Part shown: piece by piece, positions 27,205-39,679 of the stretch
Numbering within the stretch: the first letter of the stretch is position 1
How the letters are laid out: every line of letters begins with the position of its first letter
From: Octopus vulgaris
Taxonomy: Eukaryota
Direction: 5' to 3'
Assembly: GCA_951406725.2 (NCBI GenBank)
Contig: OX597814.1
Location: 201,066,001-201,130,000 of the forward strand
Length of the DNA: 64,000 nt
Translations under genes and position numbers: made by a program
Notes under the pieces: generated by a model
What the model was told of the DNA's origin: nothing
The model's database searches: none
What the model saw: only the letters and a program-made list of their open reading frames with translations

Positions 27205-27435
27205 GCTGTGATCTAGCAGAATCATTAGCACGCACGGTGAAATGTGTAGCCGTATTTCGTCTGCTGTTACGTTCTGAGTTCAAATTCCGACGAGGCCAAC
27301 TTTGCTTTTCATCCTTTTGGGGTTGATTAAATAAGTACCAGTTACGCACTGGGGTCGATGTAATCAACTTAATCCCTTTGTCTGTCCTTGTTTGTCCTCT
27401 CTATGTTTATCCCCTTGTGGGCAATAAAGAAATAG
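27205..27435 (+). mobile_element. Family A SINE
   Basis: Matches the 1297 unit. Confidence 0.85.
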
Positions 27436-28509
27436 ATAATGATGACGTAAACACGCTTCATTTCTAATTATTTTCCTTCATTTTTGCTCACTAAAAACAT
27501 GTTATCTTTTTGCAAAGACAGAACGATTAAATTAGTACCAGTTACGCACTGGGGTCGATCTTATTGACTTAATCTCTTTGTTCTTGTTTCTCCCTTCGAT
27601 GTTTAACCTCCTGTGGGCAATAAAGAAATAGATAAAGTTCACCAAAAACATGTTATCTTTTCGCAAAGACAAAGAGCGATTATGAAGAAAGGCTGACAAA
27701 TTGTTGCAGCTGTACATGACACATGTGAAGTGACAAGCCATTTTCTCTGAATCAGAAATGTCAAGCTTGTGCGAGCAGGAATTGCTGCTAGTTTCAAATA
27801 TCTTTACACAACTGATTCATAACTGTCTACATTCCTTTCTTTCTCTGATTCATATCTTTTATTTTTTAGTCTTTTTACTTCTTTTCAATCATTAGACTAT
27901 GGCCACACTGGAGCACCACCTCGAAGAATTTGTAGACGAACGCATTGGCCACAGCATTTGCATTTTTTTGTCTTTTAAAGCCTCTCTCTCTCTCTGGCTG
28001 AAATGCTACATTGCAGGGATGTAAACACACCATGACTGATTGTCAAGTGGTGGAGGAGAACAAAGATACAATGACAATCACGCACGCACACACACACACA
28101 CACACTTACACATGCACACACACACACAAATGCACACATACATAGGTATGCATATATACGTACATACCTGTACATGTGCACATATACATACGCCCACATA
28201 CATTCACACATATACATATGGATAACACAGATATGCTATAATTATACACATACATACATACACATATATGAACACATAATACACATCCCCCTATACACAT
28301 ACACATATGTATAACTACCCACATATATACACATAAAGGCACAGGAGTGGCTGTGTAGTAGCACACAAACACACACACACACACACACACACAAGCGTAC
28401 ACATGTACATTAATATATAAAGGCAACTATTAGAGAGGATAATGTTTTCTAAGTTCATTTAAAACAACACAGATACCTGGAAATATTTGTTCTATTAATA
28501 TATTAACTT

Positions 28510-29278
28510 ACGATGATAACGATGATGACAATGACTATGATGATCGTGATGATGATGATGTTGATGATGACGACGACAAGGACGGTGATGACGACGATGA
28601 CGACGATGATGAGTATGATGGTGGTGATGATGATGTGGATTGTGATGATGATGATGATATGATGATGTGGATTGTGATGATGACGACGATGACGATGATG
28701 GTGATGATGATGGTGATGATGATGATGATGATGATGATGACGATGACGATGATGATGATGGTGATGATGATGAAGACGATGACAATGATGATGGTGATGT
28801 CGACGATGATGGTGATGATGATGGTGATGATGATGATGATGATGATGATGATGACGATGTCGATGATGATGACAATGATGATGATGATTACGATGGTGAT
28901 GATGACAATGATGATGATGGTGATGATGGTGGTGATGATGATGAGGATGATGATAATGACAATGACGATGATGATGGTGATGATGATATGATGATGTGGA
29001 TGATGGTGATGATGATGATGGTGATGACGATGGTGATGATGATGATGTAGCTGCTTCATTTGATTCTGCTGCATTTGTTGTTGTTGTTGTTGTTGCTGCT
29101 GCTGCTGATGATGATGGCAATGATGATGATGACAATGGTAATGATGATGATGGTGATGATCAAGTCGATAATCATGATGAGGACGACAAAGATGACGACG
29201 ACGACGACGACGATGATGATGGTAATGATGACCATGACAATCATGATGAAGATAATGATAGTGGCGCTGCTGCTGCTT

Positions 29279-29310
<32 letters not shown>

Positions 29311-29560
29311 AACAATGATATTGAATATGAAATTGGTGATTATAATGTCAATGATGATGATGATGATGTCCACAATCAACAACAGCGCTGGTGGTGTCAG
29401 CAGTGATGGTGACAAAGATGAAGATAACAACCCTCAACATTGTGGTTAAATTGGCGGTGGTGGTTGCGATGGTGATGAAGATGATGATGATGATGGCCAT
29501 GAAGACAATGATGATGATGATGATGATGATAACATTGATGACAACGATGATGATGATGCT
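28510..29560. repeat. Long degenerate (GAT)n microsatellite
   Basis: GAT/GAC/GGT/AAT triplet array. Confidence 0.95.
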
Positions 29561-29715
29561 GATTTGATATCATGTGAATGTGTGTGTGTGTGTGCTTTTA
29601 TTCGTTGGTTTAATCTGTGATATCAGATGAAACATAATCCAATTTCTAGCCAATCCCCCTGTTACAGATCGATGAGAAACTTGTCATTAATGTTTTTCCA
29701 TTTTTACCACAAATA

Positions 29716-30589
29716 TGAAGACTGATCAATCAGTATCCAGACTGTTGCCATAGTAACAAAGCTAAGGCACAGATTGACCTTCGACTCTGTTGTGCATGTG
29801 CATTCACTTTTAATGTTCTAGCTCACTTCCACTATTTACAGCAGTGCTTGGAAGGAAGGTGTGTAGTGTATGACCGTTGCATTGACCATGACAGAGAAAG
29901 TTGTCATGGCGATACCTGATCAGAGTCCTATGCAAAGTTGCAGAAAGTGTATGGAGAGGAGTGTATGAGCTGCACACGAGTGCATGAGTGGTCCAGACGG
30001 TTCAAGGATGGTTGAAAAAATGTCGATAGTGATGAACATTCTGGGAGATCCACAACCAGTAGAACTGAGAAGAACATCGCAGATGTGCGTGCAACTGTGA
30101 GGGGGAAATCATCGAATCACTGTCTGTGAGTTATCAGAGGATGTACAGATTAGTTACGGGTCAGTTCAGCCCATTATTACTGAAGATTTGGATATGAGAC
30201 ACATGTCTGCCAAGTTTGTGCCAAAATTGCTTTCAGCTGACCAAAGAGACACTCGGGTTTCAGTTGCACAAGATCTCTTTGATTGTGACGAGAATGATGA
30301 AAAGTTTTTGAAAACCTTGCATAGGGTTCTGAGCAGGTATCGCTAAACTTTAGGCAAACTTTGATGCAGATTCTCTGCTCAATTTTCTCTGTCATGGTCA
30401 ATGTGATGATCACATGCTACACACCTTCCTTCCAAGCATTGCTGTAAACAGCAGAAGTGAGCTAGTACGTTAAAACTTAGTGTACATGCACAGCAGAGTT
30501 CAAGGTCCATCTGTGCCAACTGGCTTTACTTAGCATGCTTTAGCTTTGTTAGTATGGCAACAGCCTGGATACTTATTGATCAGACCATG
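29716..30589. mobile_element. Mariner-derived fold-back element with long inverted ends
   Basis: TA-flanked inverted ends (~29716-29900 / ~30375-30589). Plus strand encodes a decayed mariner N-terminus (YAKLQKVYGEECMS..EWSRRFKDG..SGR..AKFVPKLL); minus strand gives MTEKIEQRICIK. Confidence 0.85.
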
Positions 30590-31196
30590 TATACATACAC
30601 ACACACACACACACACACAGAGACACACACACACACACACAGACACACACACACACATACACACAAAGACACGCATATGTATGTGCATGCATGTGTACAC
30701 ACACATGTGGGTATATGCACACACATGGATACAAACGAATGCACATGCACACACACATATAGATGCACACATACATACACACACATGCAGGCACACACAC
30801 AATTGCAGGCACACATATACACACACATGGACACACATGCATATATACGCACACGCATATAAACACATAGATGTGCACATACATACACACACACATACAC
30901 ATGCATAATACACACACATGGACACACACATATGCAGGCACACACACACATGGATGCACACGCATGCACATGCACACACACACACATAGATGCATGAACA
31001 CATACACACACAATCATGCAAACACCATCCAAATCATACCAGGATTCGATTAATACTCGATAATGAACCACCAGATTCACCAGAAGTAGTGTACAAACGT
31101 GAGGAAAAGTATATATATATATATATATATAAAAATAAATATAAGAGAGTGGTCACTATGTGGCTCACTCTAGCACTAGTAAATCCAAATTATTAA

Positions 31197-31245
<49 letters not shown>

Positions 31246-31533
31246 TTGTAAAAAATGAAGTTCGAAAATGCTGCTGTATTATACAATTTTTAATTTTTAT
31301 ATATACATTATAACATGTTTCAGTTCCTGAAATGAACCTTATCAAAAAAAGTTATATATAAAAAGAGACAGCTCATGCCGTCAAACACAAGAAATTCATT
31401 TATAATACACAACGGAGTCAGACATCTTAGAGTTCATGTATAGTTGATATATAGTTCATGTATAGTTGATATATAGTTTGAAGTATATGTTCAAAGTGTT
31501 CGATGCAGTGGCCCAAACAATTATAAAAATTTA

Positions 31534-33333
31534 GTGCTATCCCTATTAAGAGATGAAACGTATTATGAAAGGGCCCAACAGTATAACCAGCAAAAAATAA
31601 TGCATAACCTTAGGACATTAATCAACACATACCAAGAAGGACTCACGAACAAGGAATATGAATACATCACTAACTTCAAATGCAAATCGAGTTTGTTCTA
31701 TGGTATCCCTAAGGTACACAAAAGCCAAACCATTAGAGAAACGTGCAAAACATCCACCGACACACTCATCAAAATCCCTTCACCAAATGATCTTAAACTA
31801 AGACCGATAATAGCAGGGCCAGCATGTGAAACTCACCGCCTCAGCAATTTCTTAAACACACTTCTTAAACCTTTCCTAAAACACATCAAAAGCTACGTAA
31901 GAGACGATATAGATATGCTCAACCACCTCCCTAAAACAGTCAATGAGAAAACCCTTCTAGTATCATTCGACGTAGTTAATCTTTATTCTAACATCCCTCA
32001 CAACCTAGGAATAGAAGCAATCACTTTCTGGCTGAATAACTACCCCTTTGAACTCCCAACTCGCATAAACAAAGACCTTATAATAGAAGGACTTAGATTC
32101 ATTTTAGAGAACAATTATTTTATTTTTGACAATGATTTCTACAGGCAAAGATCGGGAACAGCGATGGGCACGCGTACTGCACCATCTTTTGCCAACCTAG
32201 TGATGGGATACCTCGAGAAAATACTATACCGGATGACACTCGAGAAATATGGAAACACCTTCGCCACCTATATCCATAACAACTGGAAAAGATACCTCGA
32301 TGACTGTTTCATCATCTGGGACAAAGGCATAGAGAAACTTGAGGAATTTAAAATTCTATTAAATGGAATAAATGACAATATACAATTCACGATGGACCAC
32401 AACGAAAAAGAATTACCATTTTTAGACATCCTCATTAAGAAAACCGGCAACAAAATAGAGACAGATATCTACTATAAACCGACAGACTCTAAACAGTACC
32501 TACCCTTTGATTCATGCCACCCACGACACACTAGAATGAATGTCCCTTTTTGTTTAGCTAGAAGGATTTGTACCATAATATCAGACACAAAAACCCGACA
32601 CACACGTCTCCAGGAACTTAGAACCACACTCACAAATAGAAACTATCCACAGCCCCTAATAGACAGTGCAATCCAACGGGTACTTAAATTAAGTATAGAA
32701 GACCTGAGACAAACAAAACCAAAAAAGAAAGAACAATTAAAAACCCTTCCCTACATCTCTACACACAACCCACTCAACAATGAGGCCTTCAACACCATAC
32801 TACAAAGCACAGCCCTACTAAAGGGAGACCCAAAGATGAACCGGATCCTCGAAACACACACCATCATTAAAAGTAAACGGCAACCAAAATCCTTGAAAAG
32901 GATTTTAACCCAAGCTACACTGCACTCAACATCAACCACAAAACCAGCAGTTAGAAAATGTGGAAGGCCCAACTGCGGAATCTGTGTCATCTTGAAAGAA
33001 GGATCAGAATTTATACTGGAACAAGGCCACCAGTTCACCATTAGAACAAACTTCACCTGCGCATCAGAAAACTTAATTTACGTCATAACATGCGCAGGCT
33101 GCAATAGGCAGTATATAGGCCATACAAAAAATAGCTTACGTAACAGGATGGCGGTGCATAAATCACAAATTAGAAACCCTGATTACCGCAAAATACCGGT
33201 CAGCGGACACATAGATAGATGTGCTGGAAATGTAAATCCGAAATTTACAACTAACCCGCTCTATAAATTCAGTGACAACGCAACATTCACACAAGGCCAA
33301 AATAAAGAACTATATTTCCATAAAAAAATTTAG
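31534..33333 (+). CDS. PLE reverse transcriptase + GIY-YIG endonuclease (N-terminally truncated)
   Basis: FYGIPKVHK, LRPII, SFDVVNLYSNIP, GTAMG, RYLDD, LPFLD, YYKPT, Cys linker KCGRPNCGIC, NLIYVITC..C..QYIGHT. Confidence 0.95.
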   Translation: MLSLLRDETYYERAQQYNQQKIMHNLRTLINTYQEGLTNKEYEYITNFKCKSSLFYGIPKVHKSQTIRETCKTSTDTLIKIPSPNDLKLRPIIAGPACETHRLSNFLNTLLKPFLKHIKSYVRDDIDMLNHLPKTVNEKTLLVSFDVVNLYSNIPHNLGIEAITFWLNNYPFELPTRINKDLIIEGLRFILENNYFIFDNDFYRQRSGTAMGTRTAPSFANLVMGYLEKILYRMTLEKYGNTFATYIHNNWKRYLDDCFIIWDKGIEKLEEFKILLNGINDNIQFTMDHNEKELPFLDILIKKTGNKIETDIYYKPTDSKQYLPFDSCHPRHTRMNVPFCLARRICTIISDTKTRHTRLQELRTTLTNRNYPQPLIDSAIQRVLKLSIEDLRQTKPKKKEQLKTLPYISTHNPLNNEAFNTILQSTALLKGDPKMNRILETHTIIKSKRQPKSLKRILTQATLHSTSTTKPAVRKCGRPNCGICVILKEGSEFILEQGHQFTIRTNFTCASENLIYVITCAGCNRQYIGHTKNSLRNRMAVHKSQIRNPDYRKIPVSGHIDRCAGNVNPKFTTNPLYKFSDNATFTQGQNKELYFHKKI

Positions 33334-33535
33334 ACCAAGTTTAAACACCCTGGGCCAGGAATACTAAAACAAAAGATAAGTCCTCCGAAAAGGAGAACCA
33401 AATTTCACCACGGCCGCTACTTCAAACAGACACTCACTCTGACGGAAATATGCCTTAGTAAAAAAGGAAAAAAATTCTTTCGTGCAAATCTGACCCTGAT
33501 ACATACGATACAGCTAAGGGTCAGACCCGATTCTG

Positions 33536-33931
33536 ATTGGTCAACAAGTTGATGACGTCTAGCTCTGCTAGAATGGACAGGATACAAACAGGGGACAGTC
33601 ATTAGTCAGAATATTGATGACGTCCTTTTCTGCTTGAATAGTCACCTAACAAGTACAGACAGGGGGCAGATCTAATGTAGCTATAAGTCGTGATTGGGCA
33701 GAATCTGGATGACGTCCCGCTATGCTTGACTAACGAAGCGACTGGTCAAGACAGGAAACAAACAAGAGGGAGTTATAATGCAGCGATTGGTCAAAATAAT
33801 GATGACGTCCCGTTCCACTTGATTAAAGCCACCTAACGAAACGATTGGTCAAAACATTGATGACGTCACGCTACGCTAGATTGACCACCTAACAGGCATT
33901 ATAAAACCGAGCATTTCACAAAAACTCACTA
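33536..33931 (+). promoter_or_regulatory. Putative Pol II promoter in the PLE 3' region
   Basis: Five ATT(G/A)G-N12-TGACGTC modules (33536, 33601, 33693, 33786, 33844), TATAAAA at 33900, Inr-like TCACT at 33926. Confidence 0.6.
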
Positions 33932-34229
33932 GAACCACCCAGCGAACTTCCACCATGGGCCATCACAATTGCTTAAGGTAAAAATGAATTCCTCGCTCTT
34001 TCGGAAACATCAATCTTCTGTATTGACCACTTTCCACCACTTTGATCTGTTTTTTGTATTGAATACGTATCGCCACCGTGGGCCACTGCATCGAACACTT
34101 TGAACATATACTTCAAACTATATATCAACTATACATGAACTATATATCAACTATACATGAACTCTAAGATGTCTGACTCCGTTGTGTATTATAAATGAAT
34201 TTCTTGTGTTTGACGGCATGAGCTGTCTC

Positions 34230-34300
34230 TTTTTATATATAACTTTTTTTGATAAGGTTCATTTCAGGAACTGAAACATGTTATAATGTATATATAAAAA
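34230..34300 (+). ncRNA. U3:A8-variant hammerhead ribozyme (mirror copy 31294-31364, minus strand)
   Basis: TTGATAA-GGTTC ATTTCAG GAACT-GAAA-CATG-TT; distal helix I pairs TTTTTATATAT with ATATATAAAAA. Confidence 0.6.
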
Positions 34301-34406
34301 TTAAAAATTGTATAATACAGCAGCATTTTCGAACTTCATTTTTTACAAATATATACCTACTCGTATACGAGCTAATCCTATTATAAATATATATATATAT
34401 ATATAC

Positions 34407-34440
<34 letters not shown>

Positions 34441-34588
34441 ATTTGAAGGTGTAAATATAATTATTGGAGTGGTTGTATGGTAAGAAGCTTGCTTTCCAGC
34501 CACATGGTTCCGAGTTCAGTTCCATTGCATGGCACCTTTGTCAAGTGACTTCTACTATAGTCTTAGGCTGACCAAAGCCTTGTGAGGC

Positions 34589-35041
34589 ATGATTCAAATA
34601 CTTTTACTTCCGACACATGTTTCGAAGATATCACTGGTATTATTCCAAAGGAATAAATTGGTGTAAAACAATGTAATCTTCTCTTTAGGGAAGCGAAGAA
34701 CAAGACATTTTAACAGAAAATGATGGATATGTATAGTGATATACTGAACGCTATTAATATTAATTTTTTTTTATATCTAACATTCACTAAAAAAATAACC
34801 CACCCCTTTCTATAGGCTACTCCTGACATTATATCATATAACCTTTTTTTGAAACAATATTAATAGCGCTCAGTTAATCACTATACATATCCATAATTTT
34901 CTGTTAAAGTGTCTTATTGATGAGTTTTATTTCTTCACTTTCCTGAAGAGAAGATTACATTGTTTTACACCATTTATTCCTTTGGAATAATATCAGTGAA
35001 ATCTTCAAAACATGTGTCGGAAGTAAAAGCATTTGAATCAT
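34589..35041. mobile_element. Fold-back element with a hammerhead in each arm
   Basis: Arms ~34589-34761 and ~34856-35041. Plus arm (34937-35024): ACTTTC-CTGAAGA-GAAGAT..ATCTTC-AAAA-CATGTG-TC-GGAAGT. Minus arm has GAAA but CTAAAGA. Related fragment at ~16535-16650. Confidence 0.8.
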
Positions 35042-35204
35042 ACCTGCGTTTAACTCCATTTATTTATTTATATATTATACAAAAAAATTCCACGTAAACC
35101 CAAAGTTTCTACCTTTAAAACAAGGAGTTACAACCTCTTTACTTGTGTGATTTTTTGCTATCCTGGTAACTGTTTACCTATTTTTCTGTGTTAATTGTTA
35201 AGGG

Positions 35205-35258
<54 letters not shown>

Positions 35259-35566
35259 AAAACTTTAGTTAAATATATCCAATGAGAATATTATATAGTG
35301 AATTTATACTGAGTGCTCTATTGTATTAAAGTGTTAATACCATTAAAGTATTTATGTATTTAATATGGGCGATTATATATATTTTATATAATATATTATC
35401 ATTAATATCAGGAAATCAATATTAGAAAATTCTTCAGAAAGATATATACGTGTGTAAAATAATTGTTGTATTAAAAATATAAATACATATAAAAATATAT
35501 GTAAATATGTATAAGTATAAATATATAATAATGACAGTTTAAAAGTTCTGAATTAAGTTTTTAAAG

Positions 35567-35658
35567 CATCTTACAATCGTTTCACAGCAGAGTTGTCCCT
35601 ATAATGGAATCCTATATTGATAAGCATTTATGGACAACTCATCTGTTCTTCAGAGATA
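35567..35658 (-). ncRNA. Type I hammerhead ribozyme with long helix II
   Basis: Minus strand: TATCT-CTGAAGA-ACAG ATGAGTTGTCC...GGACAACTC TG CTGT-GAAA-CGATTG-TA-AGATG. Confidence 0.8.
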
Positions 35659-36337
35659 TAAAATGTAAAATTTGTATAATTTATCGAATGGCAGTTTTTT
35701 TTTAAATATGAAGTAATATAGGTAAATGGTGTTTGTTTGAAATATAAATTAAAAATTAAAAATTACTGCTTTTGATTTTGTTAAGTACACTTTAGTATGA
35801 GAATCTTGAAATTCATACATTCCTCCTTGGTAAGTCTTCTGTCGTAATCCATAATAATTATGTATAAAATCCATTATATTATCCTGTATTCCAAATATAG
35901 TCCAAAGACTTGAATAATATAAAATAAGATTATATGTGAAATCTTATGTGTGAAATTCTAAAGTTATAAATTGGTCAAAACATTTCTTCTATATTTTTAT
36001 TTTTATAATCGGAAGATGCTTAAAAACGTAATTCAAAACTTTTTAAATGCTATTATTATATATTTATACGTATACATATTTACATATATTTTTATATATA
36101 TTTATTTTTTTAATACAACAATTATTTTACACATGTATATATCTTTCTCAAGGATGGAATGCATGGCTGCAGCAATAGAGTGCAGTATGTGGTGAGGATT
36201 GGTGCTCCTGCTTGAGGACACTGACCTTTAGACATGAAGATGGAGATATTTCTTCCTTCATTCCTTCCTTCTTTCTTGCCTCCTTTCCTCCTTTTCTTCT
36301 TTTCTTCCTGCTTTCCTTCTGTCATTCATTTGTTGAC

Positions 36338-36600
36338 TCATCATCATTGTTTAACGTCTGTTTTCCATGCTAGCATGGGTTGGACGGTTCAACCGGGGTC
36401 TGGGAAGCCAGGAGGCTACACCAGGCTCCAGTCTGATCTGGCAGTGTTTCTACAGATGGATGCCCTTCCTAACGTCAACCACTCCGTGAGTGTAGTGGGT
36501 GCTTTTTATGTGCCACCGGTACAGGTGCCAGGGGAAGCTGGCAGCGGTCACGATCGGTTGGTGCTTTTTACGTGCCACCGGCACAGGAGCCAGTCAAGTC
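36338..36600 (-). mobile_element. Family C RTE-tail repeat
   Basis: Matches the family C consensus. Confidence 0.8.
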
Positions 36601-37335
36601 AAGTCATATAACATTCAAATTAGCAAGATGAGTTTGTGCAAGTTTGTATGTAACTTTTAAAGTGCTTCTAGACAAATGCATGCGTGTCTATATGTGGGCA
36701 TGTGTTTAGTAGAAAACTTTATGGTAAGGAAAAAAAGAAATTGAGACTAACGCAGCTAAATCAAAAATGAAGATCTAAAATAACATCAGTTTGGTTAATC
36801 ACATATAAACTACACATGATAGAGATACATCTTAGATACTCTATGATATCACTGTTTGAAAACTGCATCCAAATTGGAATCCATGTAGAGGATAATAATT
36901 ACATGGAATCCATTCCGTTGATAAGAGCAATGAAGAGATTTTGTATTAAGTCTTGTCAATAAACTTTATGTAATTTCATTTACAAAGTAACTGAATCTGT
37001 AATGCTTTTAAAATAGATCAGTTTGTTGCGTAAACAGATATTAAACTGACCATTTACTGTGCACTGGCAGTGGTAATTGTGATTAATCATATTGTTAGTG
37101 ATTGTAGTTGTGGCAGCTATGATAGTCATAATAATGAGGTGATGAGAGCAATTACATGGATATCAACGTCAGCTTTATTCAATAACATGCAGCAGAGTAG
37201 AAATAGCAACATTCAATTAATATCAATTTTCTCATGGTGCTTTGCTTGAGAAATATTTTCCTTCATTTCTGTTAAGGCTATCTCTACTCTGGCAGCTTTT
37301 CATAATGATCTCATGCCACATGTTCACCTTGTATA

Positions 37336-37960
37336 TCATCATCATCATCATCATCTTCGTTTAATATCGTTTCCTATGCTGACATGGGTTGGACAGTTTG
37401 ATTCAGGTCTGGGAAACCAGGAGGCTGCACCAGGCTCCAGTTTGATCTGGCAGTGTTTCTACAGCTGGATGCCCTTCCTAACGCCAACCACTTTGAGAGT
37501 GTAGTGGGTGCTTTTTATGTGTCACTGGCACAGGGGCCAGAGGAGGCTGGCAATGACCATGAGTGGTTGGTGCTTTTTATGTGCCACTGGCACAGAAGCC
37601 AGTCAAGGCGGCACTGGCATCGGTCACATTTGGATGGTGCTTTTTATGTGCCACTGGCATGGAAGCCAGTCAAGGCTGCACTGGCATCGGCCACATTCAA
37701 ATGGTGCTTTTTATGTGTGAACGGCATGGGGATCACAATTACAATTTCCATTTGATTTTGATTTTGACTTTACTTGACTCAATAGGTCTCCTCAAGCATG
37801 GCATGTCACCCTATGATCCAAGGTACTTTTGAGTGGGCTGGTTATGTGACACTGGTGTAGGTTACAGCTGTAAACTCATTTTATTTGCTGGATCTTCACA
37901 GTCACAGCATATCTCCAGAGGTCTCAGTCTTTTATCATTGGCTCTGTGAGGCTCATTGCC
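37336..37960 (-). mobile_element. Family C RTE-tail repeat with internal tandem units
   Basis: Four GGTGCTTTTTATGTG units; extends into RTE 3' region sequence similar to 20160-20500. Confidence 0.8.
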
Positions 37961-37979
37961 TATCCTTCATATATACATA

Positions 37980-38375
37980 TCTTTATATATAAAAGTGAAG
38001 TTGTGTGTCTGTCTCCTACGATTTAGATTCTTAACTACTCCCACATTTTGCGGTGCAGTGTAACCAAAAGCGGGTATCTTATAGTCGTGATTCATATCGA
38101 GCCCTTCTGGGTATTAGCACGCGTCTACGATGAGTCTACGATTTAAAAAAAAATTTACCATCATTTTTTCCCATTTTTAATGCATTTTTTGCTGTTATAT
38201 AAGGGAAGTAACTCTCTAAAATGTATTATTAAATCTCAGAAGGTAAAAAGCTACAGTAACACCCCCCCCCTTTGTGGTTAGCCATATTGAGATGGCTATT
38301 ATACTTTAAATCTCTAAAAATGCTTATATAGTTATTTCCCTTACAAACCCGAGCAACGCCGGGCGATACTGCTAG
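37980..38375 (+). mobile_element. Non-autonomous Helitron
   Basis: A|TC 5' end; 3' hairpin CCCGAGCAACGCCGGG then CTAG|T; no TSD. Confidence 0.9.
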
Positions 38376-38682
38376 TATATATATATAGCAGTATCTACTA
38401 ATATTGGTGTTGACTCCTTTCTTTTATATCCTGCTCATTACTTCTGAACAGAAGCTACTCTTTAAAATTTCTTACCCTCAGCCTTTCCGTTTTAGATGAT
38501 GGTTGTCAGTAAATAAATAAATAATGATCATTTTTAGTGCTGTCTTCGTTTCCTGCAATGTTCTGTCGTGTGTAAGGCAAAGCATGTACCTCATGCTTAA
38601 TACCAACAGATGGAGAACTTCTCTCATAAACTTGCATTCATTTAGGCAGCAAACTGATAGAATCTTTAGAATCTCAGACAAA

Positions 38683-38804
38683 ATCATCATCATCGTCATC
38701 GTCATCATCGTCATCATTGTCATCATCATCATCATCACCACCACCACCACCACCACCACCACCACCATCATCACCATCATCATCATCATCATCATCATCA
38801 TCAT

Positions 38805-38843
<39 letters not shown>

Positions 38844-38867
38844 TGTCATCATCATCGTCGTCCTCAT
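38683..38867. repeat. (CAT)n/(CAC)n microsatellite
   Basis: Visible array. Confidence 0.95.
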
Positions 38868-39109
38868 CAGGATGAATACCAGTTGAACACTCCCTGAAAA
38901 TGCTGGCCTTGTGCCAAATTTTGAAATCAGTATTTTATGAAGATATTATTTTGAAGGTGTTGGCATAGCTGTGTGGTTAAGAGGTATACTTTGGAACCAG
39001 AAGATTAGAATGTCGGTGCCATTAAATGAACACTGTTGGCGACCATAGAGCCATGGGTCAGCCAGTGTCTTGTGAAATCAGTCGCTGTTGGAAATGGAAG
39101 AGGCCAATC

Positions 39110-39540
39110 TCACACACACAAACACACACGACCCCCCCCCAACAGACACACATACACAAACACACACGACCCCCCCAACAGACACACATACACAAACACA
39201 CACAACCTCCCACCCACAAGCACACTCACACACATACACATATAAACACGCAAACACACACAAGCATACACACATACACACAAACACACACAAACATACA
39301 CACATACACACAAACACACACACATAAACACACACACATATAAACACACACAAACACATACACACTTATAAACAAACACACATAAACATACACAAACACA
39401 CACACAAAAACAAACACAAACACACACACAAACACACACATGTACACTCACACATAAACACACACACACATACTCACACACACAAACACACACACACAGT
39501 CATATAAACACTCACACACACACACACACACACACCTACA
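39110..39540. repeat. Degenerate (CA)n microsatellite
   Basis: Visible array. Confidence 0.9.
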
Positions 39541-39679
39541 TGTATGTATAGTTAAGTGGGTCTATGAGCATGCGCATGTTTGCGTGTGTGTGTGTGTGTG
39601 TGTTTGTATTTCCCCTTGTCTTCACATGTGTTTGCTCAATGTAAACACCAGTTTCATTTGTCCATGCAGACAGTGTGAA

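Larger units (their letters stand above)
31240..34354 (+). mobile_element. Penelope-like retroelement (Neptune-like), 5'-truncated, with inverted pseudo-LTR
   Basis: Arms 31240-31515 and 34079-34354 are reverse complements with no difference I could find. RT + GIY-YIG ORF inside; (TA)n flanks. Confidence 0.95.

Noticed and set aside
28495-29449. Poly-His/Asp/Met/Ser ORFs
   Set aside because: Open in many frames on both strands because of (GAT)n; not coding evidence.
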